From an uncultured virus (IMG/VR IMGVR_UViG_3300030104_004354) (Duplodnaviria > Heunggongvirae > Uroviricota > Caudoviricetes): a stretch of DNA of 64,000 bases. The stretch lies in IMG/VR virus record IMGVR_UViG_3300030104_004354. One strand, written 5' to 3'. Of the stretch, positions 9,222 through 17,145 are shown piece by piece. A model generated the notes under the pieces. It did no database searches. It had not been told where the DNA came from and saw nothing but the letters and a program-made list of their open reading frames with translations. A program made the translations under genes and the position numbers. Position 1 is the stretch's first letter. Each line of letters opens with the position of its first letter.

Positions 9222-10715
9222 ATGCTACTTTCGATGCTATTAGCTCTCGCCCCACAAGGACCTGTTGGTGTAAATTTAGAAACAGTCACAGACTGGCACC
9301 GTCAAACTCCCTTTGTAGACGCCTTTAAAAGTTCTCGCGAGTGGGTGAGCCATCAAGCTAGCCCCTTCTCATGGGGTGGTGGGCCTGCGATCAACACAGA
9401 CGATCTTGGATGGCCTCAGAGCCTTGAGCCTAATCAGTGGATTGAATCTATCATCTTTTCTGATGGATCTCCTAATTACCCCGACGGTATTTATAACATT
9501 CGTTACGATGGTGTCGGAACTCTGAAGCCCTTAGCAGGCGGCAACGGATCTGTTACAATTGTAGAGCAGAATCCAGGTCACATTAAAATTAATTTACAGG
9601 TTCCGAGCGATGGGTATTTTACTCTTAGGATTACAGACATCGTGCAGCCCATTGAAAACATTCGAGTATATCTTCCTGGGTATGACAACTCCAACAGGAT
9701 CTTTCACCCTGATTTTATGAAGAGCTTAGAGCCTTTCGATACCATCAGGTTTATGAACTGGGGTAGGACAAACGATAATCCTGTGATTCACTGGTATGAT
9801 GCCACTAACTTTTTTAATTATACTCAGGCTACGTCGGAAGGAGTTCACCCTCTCTACATGATCGACCTTTGCAATAAAACAAAGAAGCACATGTGGATCT
9901 GTGTGCCTCACATGGCTAACGACTTATATGTTCAGTATCTTGCACTTCTGTGTCGCATAGCCTTAGATCCATCACTTACAATTTATTTGGAATACAGCAA
10001 CGAAGTTTGGAATGGCATCTTTGATCAGTGTCAGCATGCTCAAAACGAGGGAACAGCGTTAGGACTACACCCTCAACCTTGGCATGCCGGGTGGCGTTAT
10101 TACTCTCAAAGATCAGTTGAAGTGTTTAACTTATTCTCTAACATATACAGTCCCTTAAATCAAAGAAGACTTGTTCGCACCTTGGCAGGTCAGAGTGTTA
10201 ATCCTTGGATTAATAGACAAATCATGGACTGGCAGAACGCCTACGAAAATGCAGATGCTTTTGCAGTGGCTCCTTACTTTGGTGGAGCATTAGGTAACCC
10301 TAGTAATTATCCGCAGGCTTCTACGTTCTCTGTCTCTCACATTCTATCGCTGTGCCAGTTAGACCTTGATGACAACCACAATGTGTACACTAGACAAAAT
10401 AGAATTGATACCACACAAAGAGGCTTACAGCTATTAGCTTACGAAGGTGGTCAACACTTAGTGGGAGTAGGATCCGCACAAAACAATCAGGCTCTTACAA
10501 ACTTATTTGTGCAAGCTAACAGAGACGCGGGTATGCGTCAGTTATACTACAATGATTTAGATCGTTGGTTTGGCGAGGGCGGAGATCTGTTTATGCTTTA
10601 CAGAGCAACAGGTAATTATGGTAGGTATGGATCATTTGGATTGTTTGAGTGGCAAACACAACCTAGAGCCACAGCACCTAAATGGATGGGTGTGATGGAC
10701 TATCTTGGTCGTTAG
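9222..10715 (+). CDS. Putative secreted glycoside hydrolase / carbohydrate-active TIM-barrel protein (clan GH-A-like)
   Basis: Hydrophobic N-terminus, IRFMNW, WICVPH, YLEYSNEVWN (candidate acid/base) and LAYEGGQH (candidate nucleophile). Confidence 0.65.
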   Translation: MLLSMLLALAPQGPVGVNLETVTDWHRQTPFVDAFKSSREWVSHQASPFSWGGGPAINTDDLGWPQSLEPNQWIESIIFSDGSPNYPDGIYNIRYDGVGTLKPLAGGNGSVTIVEQNPGHIKINLQVPSDGYFTLRITDIVQPIENIRVYLPGYDNSNRIFHPDFMKSLEPFDTIRFMNWGRTNDNPVIHWYDATNFFNYTQATSEGVHPLYMIDLCNKTKKHMWICVPHMANDLYVQYLALLCRIALDPSLTIYLEYSNEVWNGIFDQCQHAQNEGTALGLHPQPWHAGWRYYSQRSVEVFNLFSNIYSPLNQRRLVRTLAGQSVNPWINRQIMDWQNAYENADAFAVAPYFGGALGNPSNYPQASTFSVSHILSLCQLDLDDNHNVYTRQNRIDTTQRGLQLLAYEGGQHLVGVGSAQNNQALTNLFVQANRDAGMRQLYYNDLDRWFGEGGDLFMLYRATGNYGRYGSFGLFEWQTQPRATAPKWMGVMDYLGR

Positions 10716-11776
10716 AGTTTATATTCCACACCATTACCAAAACTAGAACCGACTTCGACATCCACACCTAGGGGAACTTTCAAATGGATGTTGAAATTGT
10801 CTTTCAGGTAATGATAATTCTCAAGCTCGTCACTAACAATCTCAACGACCTTTCTAGTTTCTCCCTTGGGAGCTATGAGTTCAATTGAGTCGTGAACAGT
10901 GGCTACAACCTTAGCCTTCATACCTTTGAGCTTTTCAATCACACCAAGCATACCACACAGTAGAATGTCACTAGCGGCGGATTGGATTGTAAAGTTTAGA
11001 CCTTGTCGGAACGCTTCCCTACGCACACCCTTGAAAGGTGATCGAACATTAGGTAGGTGACGATAGCGACCAAAGATGGTCTTAGCGTATCCAAACTGTT
11101 TAATGTATTCATCAATAGTATTCATGTAGCGGCCCACACCTGGGAAAGCAGCTAGCCAACTATTGATGATCTCCTCAGCGCGGTCCTCAGGAATGTTACG
11201 CTTTGAGGCAAGAGTATATGCAGTCCCACCATACACTGTTAAGAAGCTAACTTCCTTTGCGATCTGTCGTTCAAGTTTGCTCACGTCCTGGGGATCCTTG
11301 TTGAACGTCAATCCCGCAGAGTAGCTGTGCAGGTCAACGCCAGACTTGAAAGCATGAATCATATTTTCCTCATTAGCGACGTGAGCAAGAACTCGTAGCT
11401 CCATAGCTTTCATGTCAATCGTGATAAAGTCGTGACCCTCTGGAGCTACCACGTAATCACGAATGTTTACATCTAGCGATTCACGGGGCAAAGTGTGAAA
11501 GGACACACCAATCTTATCAGTCTTCTTCCTACCGACATTCGCACCGGAGTTGGAGATTCGACCAGTAACAGTGCCGTCGATATTATATTTCACATACATT
11601 CTACTGTTGCCAGTATTCTGTAGTGCAGTACGAGCACCTTCAATATACACAGAGTGTAGCTTGGTCAGTTTCTTATACTCTGAAAAGCGATCGAAGAACT
11701 TCTTAGCAGCCTTCAACTGGTCGTCAGACATGTTATTCAGGATCGCCTTGGCGATGCTCACTTCTTCGTTATTCAA
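10712..11776 (-). CDS. polA: DNA polymerase family A, palm/fingers subunit (part 3 of split PolA)
   Basis: GTVTGRIS, motif A IDMKAMELRVLAH, motif B RQIAKEVSFLTVYG, NFTIQSAASD, motif C VHDS. Confidence 0.93.
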   Translation of the reverse strand: MNNEEVSIAKAILNNMSDDQLKAAKKFFDRFSEYKKLTKLHSVYIEGARTALQNTGNSRMYVKYNIDGTVTGRISNSGANVGRKKTDKIGVSFHTLPRESLDVNIRDYVVAPEGHDFITIDMKAMELRVLAHVANEENMIHAFKSGVDLHSYSAGLTFNKDPQDVSKLERQIAKEVSFLTVYGGTAYTLASKRNIPEDRAEEIINSWLAAFPGVGRYMNTIDEYIKQFGYAKTIFGRYRHLPNVRSPFKGVRREAFRQGLNFTIQSAASDILLCGMLGVIEKLKGMKAKVVATVHDSIELIAPKGETRKVVEIVSDELENYHYLKDNFNIHLKVPLGVDVEVGSSFGNGVEYKL

Positions 11777-12293
11777 CCTTCAAGCCTCTTGCTGTGAACT
11801 CTTCTTCGACCATGGCCTTCACCTTGGTTAACGTTTCTTCGTTGGTAGAAGGAGCACCCTTCTTAGTGAACTCGAAAGGATACAATCCAAGACCAAAGTC
11901 GTCAACCTGAATCCATTCGCCTTCATCATTCTTCTCGAATGAGTAAATAATCTTTACAAGTTGATTAGTGGAATTCAGATTGGCATCCTCCTCCAAACCA
12001 GCAGCTTCCCGCAAGGCGATGTCTGCCAGTTTAAGTTTGTCTTGAAGTTGCTGGTCTAATTCGTTCAGCTTATCCTCATCAATCAGCAAACCCTCAAACT
12101 CCATGTCACGGAAGGCAACTGTCAAGGGTGCGATCAACTTTTCATACAGGTGCTCCAGCTTCTTCTGACGAACCTCTTCGAGTAGTTTCACATACACCTT
12201 TGCGGTGGCGTAGGTATCCTTTGCGTTACCCTCAACGCATTGAATTAGTGAGATGTTTTTCCAATCAAACTTCTTACCTTCAACTGTGAGCAT
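11769..12293 (-). CDS. polA: DNA polymerase family A, ExoIII/thumb subunit (part 2 of split PolA)
   Basis: NAKDTYAT (ExoIII-like), MEFEGLLID, NLNSTNQL, TKKGAPSTNEETL. Confidence 0.88.
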   Translation of the reverse strand: MLTVEGKKFDWKNISLIQCVEGNAKDTYATAKVYVKLLEEVRQKKLEHLYEKLIAPLTVAFRDMEFEGLLIDEDKLNELDQQLQDKLKLADIALREAAGLEEDANLNSTNQLVKIIYSFEKNDEGEWIQVDDFGLGLYPFEFTKKGAPSTNEETLTKVKAMVEEEFTARGLKVE

Positions 12294-13327
12294 TAGAACT
12301 TTTCTTCTGGGAAGTAGTAGTAAACAAGATCAGCCAGCGACTTCGGAACATCCTCTTTGTATAGGTGCTGAAGTAGTTTAGTATCGTACACATTATATAC
12401 TTCCTCAACCCCATATCGTTTAAGGAACTTAAGATCGAAGCCTGCGTTCTGCAAGATCTTTCTATTGTTTTTGTTTGCCATCGCCGCGCAGATAAATTTC
12501 ATAAATGCGCCTTTAACTTTATACCCTAGCTTTGCCTCCTTGTGATCAATAGGCAACACTAAAGTTTTACCAAGCTCACCCGTATCTCTGTCAACAAGTG
12601 TCATCGATACAGTGTGAATTGTGTCATCCAGGAAATTCAATCCCGTGGTCTCAATATCAACAGCCAGATCCAGATGAGTATCAGTAAACTCACCTCTAAC
12701 CTCATCTAGCTCCCCGATGCTCATAGCTAAGATGTGATCTACCTGAGCGTCTGTGGCCTTACCTAAAAGCTCATTATTAAGAGCGTTCTCCAGGTCGGTT
12801 CTGAAGAGATAAGCGTTCTTGGGCTCTGCTACGACCTGGAACGGGTGAATAATAGGCACAACCTGAAACTTTGTACCAGACTCAGTAACTAGAGTATCAA
12901 CCTTGCCACGAATCTTACTTTCCTCTCTAGCTTTACCATAAAGTAGAGTCGTCGCAACTTTGCCACAAGCGAACACAAGTCTGGGTCTGTAGTGATCCAC
13001 AGTATCATGAAGGTGTGTCTTACATGATTTCTTAATACCAGTGCTTAAGTTTTCAGAAGTTATGTTAGGACATTTGACCGCAGTTGTGTAGCCAACCTCC
13101 CATTCTTGTGAGAATCTGGCTAACTCTCTCTGGATAATGTTATATTCCTGAGGTCTAAAAGCGGTGAACTCACCCTCAAACATCTTAGCCGAATCTGAGA
13201 TGAACAGTATGTCTACAGGAGACTGCTTATACTCATAATCTAGAATTGTATGAGTTGGCAGATTCATCCTCAGCGCGGGACAACTCTGACACTTGGAGTT
13301 GATACCCTGAAAACTTAGTTGCGGCAT
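12293..13327 (-). CDS. polA: Uracil-DNA glycosylase (family 4)-like domain fused to 3'-5' exonuclease (part 1 of split PolA)
   Basis: CQSCP, AVKCP, SCKTHL and IIHPF (UDG4-like). ExoI VDIETTGL, ExoII QNAGFDLKFL, YDTKL. Confidence 0.85.
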   Translation of the reverse strand: MPQLSFQGINSKCQSCPALRMNLPTHTILDYEYKQSPVDILFISDSAKMFEGEFTAFRPQEYNIIQRELARFSQEWEVGYTTAVKCPNITSENLSTGIKKSCKTHLHDTVDHYRPRLVFACGKVATTLLYGKAREESKIRGKVDTLVTESGTKFQVVPIIHPFQVVAEPKNAYLFRTDLENALNNELLGKATDAQVDHILAMSIGELDEVRGEFTDTHLDLAVDIETTGLNFLDDTIHTVSMTLVDRDTGELGKTLVLPIDHKEAKLGYKVKGAFMKFICAAMANKNNRKILQNAGFDLKFLKRYGVEEVYNVYDTKLLQHLYKEDVPKSLADLVYYYFPEEKF

Positions 13328-13331
13328 GGGA

Positions 13332-13340
13332 CTATGATAG
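13332..13340. promoter_or_regulatory. CTATGATAG palindrome: bidirectional -10 element in a 17-bp spacer between polA part 1 and the late sigma gene
   Basis: Exactly 6 nt separate the hexamer from the start codon on both strands. Confidence 0.7.
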
Positions 13341-13344
13341 GGTA

Positions 13345-13698
13345 GTGAGTTATTATATCGACAATAAAAAGTTTGAGAGATTGATTCAAGAATTCAAACT
13401 TGGCAACAGAGAAGTTGAAAACGAACTCTTTGAAATGTTCGACACCTTGATTAGCCGACTCATGTTATCTTTTAAGTTCAATGTTGATTATGAGGAGGCA
13501 AAGCAAGAATGCTTCTTACTTATACTAAAAGTTCTTAAGAACTTCAATAGAGAATCTGGTCAAGCGTTCAATTACTTTACTACAGTAATTTTAAATAATC
13601 TACGCTTATTGTACTCTAAAAATAAGAAGTACAATGAAAAGCTTGAATCCTATCGGAACCACAGAATGGGCATTCCGAAGAATCCAAGCTCGATCTAG
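13345..13698 (+). CDS. gp55: Late-transcription sigma factor (T4 gp55-like)
   Basis: YYIDNKKF...EAKQECFLLILKVLKNFNRESGQAFNYFTTVILN matches the gp55 pattern (YVNNKEF...NFDPEKSxNPFAYFTQI). Confidence 0.8.
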   Translation: MSYYIDNKKFERLIQEFKLGNREVENELFEMFDTLISRLMLSFKFNVDYEEAKQECFLLILKVLKNFNRESGQAFNYFTTVILNNLRLLYSKNKKYNEKLESYRNHRMGIPKNPSSI

Positions 13699-14066
13699 AC
13701 ACCGATCTCAGCGCCCACGGATCCGTTATAGGATACCACGCGGGGGAATGACTTGTGGATCACAACCAGCATAGGTAGCTGGTCATATCTTGAAAGACAT
13801 GATGTAGAGATAGTTTCCCTATGAGATTTGATTGAAGTCTTAATAACTTCAAGGGCGTTAGGCACATTAAAGATATCTACAACATGAAGTTCAGTGCTAC
13901 CATCAACTGGTAAGTTATCGTTAAAATACCTACACACCTTGTCCCAAGTATTTGTTATCAAATAATAAGAGTTTTGCTTACCCTCAACATTTGATTTAAC
14001 GATAGACTCTAAGTGCTTAGAGTTGTAGATCTTGTGAGTTTTAAAACTATTCTTCTGTTTGCTCAT
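13695..14066 (-). CDS. Hypothetical protein, possible degenerate thioredoxin fold
   Basis: YYLITNTWDKVC resembles F-x-x-x-W-C-x-x-C, and QLPMLVV resembles the cis-Pro strand. Confidence 0.45.
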   Translation of the reverse strand: MSKQKNSFKTHKIYNSKHLESIVKSNVEGKQNSYYLITNTWDKVCRYFNDNLPVDGSTELHVVDIFNVPNALEVIKTSIKSHRETISTSCLSRYDQLPMLVVIHKSFPRVVSYNGSVGAEIGV

Positions 14067-14340
14067 TTTCTTGAGTATCTTCCTTGGAATCTTCTTCAGC
14101 CTGAGCCGCCTTATGTGCTTGAACCATAGCCGTAATTTGCTCGGTCATTGCATTGCAACCAGCAAAGAAGATCTGCTTGTAAAAGTTTTCATCTTCTAGT
14201 TCTGGCGGCTTCAACTTGCAAAAGTTCTTGAAGCCTTCGGCCTCTTCTTTGGAAAATTTAATCTGAATCTTCATACGTCCTCTACTGCGTTCAACTAATT
14301 TAAACTTCGTATCCTCTAACGATAGTGATACTTTATTCAT
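14047..14340 (-). CDS. Hypothetical protein
   Basis: Start placed at MNKVSL (14340), 6 nt after TATAAT. The longer ORF-track start overlaps the divergent gene. Confidence 0.65.
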   Translation of the reverse strand: MNKVSLSLEDTKFKLVERSRGRMKIQIKFSKEEAEGFKNFCKLKPPELEDENFYKQIFFAGCNAMTEQITAMVQAHKAAQAEEDSKEDTQENEQTEE

Positions 14341-14344
14341 ACAG

Positions 14345-14353
14345 CTATTATAG
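14345..14353. promoter_or_regulatory. CTATTATAG palindrome: bidirectional -10 element between divergent genes
   Basis: TATAAT lies 6 nt before ATG 14340 (minus). On the plus strand it is followed by AGAGG and ATG 14369. Confidence 0.65.
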
Positions 14354-14368
14354 TCTAGAGGTTTTGAA

Positions 14369-14890
14369 ATGAAAGATGATTTTGATGTGTCGCCATTAAG
14401 AAAAAAGAAAAAAGTAAACTCAAGAGCTAAGGGTAATAGATTTGAGAATAAAATTGCTAAGACGCTCAACGATAGATTCGACACAAAAGAATTCTGTCGC
14501 ACGCCAGGGTCTGGGGCTTTTGCGACAACTCACAAATTGCCTGAATACTTAAAAGTATATGGAGACTTAATTACGCCAGAAAAGTTCAAGTTCATTATTG
14601 AATGTAAGAAAGGATATGATAATGAACAAGTAAGTGATTTATTAAATCCTAAATCAACAATTTCAAAAATGATAGCTCAAGCTCATCGAGATTCTAAAAA
14701 ATCTTCGAGAAAGTTTTTACTATTTATCGGTCAGAATCGTAAGGAACCCATGGCTATAACCAATGAGTTGGATCTCCCAGTAAAGGGTCCAAGCTTTGCA
14801 GGTTCATCTGGGGATGTTCAGGTTGCGATGTTTAGACTTTGTGATTTAGTCTGTATTGATGATTCTTACTTTTTCTTTGATGATGCCTAA
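14369..14890 (+). CDS. Holliday junction resolvase-like PD-(D/E)XK nuclease
   Basis: NSRAKGNRFE, RTPGSGA, GDL, IECKKG. Confidence 0.8.
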   Translation: MKDDFDVSPLRKKKKVNSRAKGNRFENKIAKTLNDRFDTKEFCRTPGSGAFATTHKLPEYLKVYGDLITPEKFKFIIECKKGYDNEQVSDLLNPKSTISKMIAQAHRDSKKSSRKFLLFIGQNRKEPMAITNELDLPVKGPSFAGSSGDVQVAMFRLCDLVCIDDSYFFFDDA

Positions 14891-17077
14891 TGCTTCTTGA
14901 AGAGTATTAAGTGCTGTCCAGATAGTGCTAGAATCTTCTCGTGAAGGTTTGCCACCCAGGAATCTTTTCTGTTTACCTTCTCTAGTCATAGCATTAGATT
15001 TACGAGATTGCAAATTACCCTTTACTCTTTTTAAAGTTATGGATGAATTTCGATTGTCTGACCTTTTAAACGATAAACCTGTGTTTGTAATTTCAAGAGA
15101 GAAAGCACCAGTCTCATTTTTAATTGATTTAGCTATCTCTTGATAAGCTTTATTTTGAGTGGTAATATAAGATACCCCTTCATTAAGCATATTTGTCTGT
15201 AGGACAGTGTCATTGCTCCGAGAAGCACCAGCAGCATAATTCATAGCTAAAGCATAAGCTTGAGTGGCTTTAGGATTATCTGCTTGATTTGATTGTAGGT
15301 TACTCATTAAGGCAGGCATGAGCAATGCATCTTTTATTTCATTTTCTATTTTCTTTTTATCTGAAGGTTTAGCATTATTGTAAGCTTTTACTTTACTTTT
15401 TAGTTTCTTTGCAAGTTCGTTTCTCTGAACCTCATCAAAGCTAGAATTCTTTTGAATGTTTTTTAAATAGCTATCAACGACAGTATTCAAAGCCTGAACT
15501 TCAACTTTCTTACCGTCAACCATTGTAGATATCTTATTAGAAAGTGAATCTACCTGCTTCCTAATCTCCATCTGCTGCCTGTTAATCTCATTAAACTCAC
15601 TACTAATTTCTTTGAGTTTGACAGCCTCAGAGAATCTCTTCCAAACAGGATTACGAGATCTTCCCGACATAAACTCAGCGGTGTTCTTATCCGAAAAACT
15701 GCCCATTACTGTCTCAGCAGATTTTGCAATGTAGTTTTTGTAGCTAATTTCACCGATATAAATCTCTTGTCCAGGCGTAAGATACTTTGCCTCTACTAAC
15801 TCCTTGTAGTAATCCTCTTTACCTAGACTCTTAAAAAGCTCTTCAGCGTTAACAGGTTTAACTTTTTTTGTGTCTAAGGCTTTTTCAGCATCATTCTTAT
15901 CATACCAAATTTCAACTGAGTCTTGTTTTCTACCTTTTCCGACAACTTCACCACTACGCACGGACAAGTTGGGTACTCTATCTATATTTGATACCGAAGC
16001 CACATGAAAAGCTGCTTTAATATTCTCGCCCTTATCTCCCAACAGATCCACTATCTTATCAAACTCAGCTTGGCTCTCTAAGGGGATGGCTGAATCTCTA
16101 GCCATCTTTAACCATGCTTCCCTATTTTCGTTCAAAGACCTAATGCCCTTTTCGATTTTAAGAGCTACATCCTTAATCATACTCAGAGCCTTTTTAGATT
16201 CGCTCTCAGAAAGCGAGTCTTTGTTTTTAAGATATGTCCTAGCTAGTGCAAACAAGTCTGGCGGATACTCCAGAACATTTCCACGAATGTTGCTCTCACT
16301 TCCTATATTGTCTGCGGCTTCCTGAATAACGTTGATTACCTCGGGATCTTCACAACCTTCTATCATCCTGCTTAATACCTTAGCTTGAGACTTACTAAAG
16401 ACAGTGCCATTACTACCCTCGCCAAAGTCAGTATAAACTACAACATCACCCTTATCAGTCTTTTTGAATCTGCCACAAAAATCATCTGATCCTTTATCAT
16501 TTATGACGTTGGCAAGTTGAGTAGCTCGCTCTATATCAGACTGCCTAGGTTCAATTCTATAAAATTCTCCATCCTTAACAACCACTGGGTAATCAGCAAT
16601 TAAAGATTTTACAAGCCTCCTTGCATCACCTCTATCAGATACTCTAGCTGCCTCATCGTATAGCTCCTTAAACGGTGCTGCGGCAGCAGGATCACTCACA
16701 TCAATACCTAATTCCGAAAGCTCCGAATCCAACTTTTCATCAATTATAGGTTGAACTTCTTGAGACGCATCTGCATCAAATAGTTTGTAGAAACCTTGCA
16801 AACCATCAGATGTATCTAAGTTAAACTGACCTGGGCCACCAACCACACGACCATCTCCCCCTAATTTACCACCTTTAGTAACTCCTTTGGCCGTGATAAA
16901 TACACCTACAGGCTCTCCGGTGGGAGTCTGTCCTGTTACGGGAGATCCAAACGTGAAGCGACTGGGGTCACTTTTCGCTTGAGATATTAAAGAGTCGGCC
17001 TCGCCCGTTTGCTCTAGTATTAGAAGGCTCTTATTATGAACCCTGCTAAAACTTTTTAATAAATCTCTCTTATCCAT
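14846..17077 (-). CDS. Large hypothetical protein, possible head-packaged protein with PD-(D/E)XK-like motifs
   Basis: 743-aa ORF with an N-terminal LLILE motif and RGNVLE...RKQD...GEISYK. Confidence 0.55.
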   Translation of the reverse strand: MDKRDLLKSFSRVHNKSLLILEQTGEADSLISQAKSDPSRFTFGSPVTGQTPTGEPVGVFITAKGVTKGGKLGGDGRVVGGPGQFNLDTSDGLQGFYKLFDADASQEVQPIIDEKLDSELSELGIDVSDPAAAAPFKELYDEAARVSDRGDARRLVKSLIADYPVVVKDGEFYRIEPRQSDIERATQLANVINDKGSDDFCGRFKKTDKGDVVVYTDFGEGSNGTVFSKSQAKVLSRMIEGCEDPEVINVIQEAADNIGSESNIRGNVLEYPPDLFALARTYLKNKDSLSESESKKALSMIKDVALKIEKGIRSLNENREAWLKMARDSAIPLESQAEFDKIVDLLGDKGENIKAAFHVASVSNIDRVPNLSVRSGEVVGKGRKQDSVEIWYDKNDAEKALDTKKVKPVNAEELFKSLGKEDYYKELVEAKYLTPGQEIYIGEISYKNYIAKSAETVMGSFSDKNTAEFMSGRSRNPVWKRFSEAVKLKEISSEFNEINRQQMEIRKQVDSLSNKISTMVDGKKVEVQALNTVVDSYLKNIQKNSSFDEVQRNELAKKLKSKVKAYNNAKPSDKKKIENEIKDALLMPALMSNLQSNQADNPKATQAYALAMNYAAGASRSNDTVLQTNMLNEGVSYITTQNKAYQEIAKSIKNETGAFSLEITNTGLSFKRSDNRNSSITLKRVKGNLQSRKSNAMTREGKQKRFLGGKPSREDSSTIWTALNTLQEALGIIKEKVRIINTD

Positions 17078-17080
17078 AAC

Positions 17081-17089
17081 TTATAATAG
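17081..17089 (-). promoter_or_regulatory. CTATTATAA -10-like element, 5 nt between hexamer and ATG 17077
   Basis: Variant of the CTATNATAG motif at the same spacing. Confidence 0.5.
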
Positions 17090-17094
17090 ACAAA

Positions 17095-17125
17095 TAGCCC
17101 TCTCTCTTATTTAGAGAGAAGGCTA
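17095..17125 (-). terminator. Hairpin downstream of the tail tube gene (probable intrinsic terminator)
   Basis: 12-bp stem TAGCCTTCTCTC/GAGAGAGGGCTA with one G-U pair, followed by TTTGTCT. Confidence 0.65.
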
Positions 17126-17145
17126 CCCGAATTAGATCTAAGAGG

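Noticed and set aside
10712..13327. Stop-codon reassignment, intron or intein as the cause of the PolA split
   Set aside because: The breaks involve frame changes at TAA stops with no intervening sequence. TAA, TAG and TGA all end normal genes elsewhere, and no intein motifs are present.
14341..14502. Extended N-terminus of the 14047 ORF with apparent hydrophobic segment
   Set aside because: It is the antisense reading of the Lys-rich resolvase start. ATG 14340 fits the promoter spacing.
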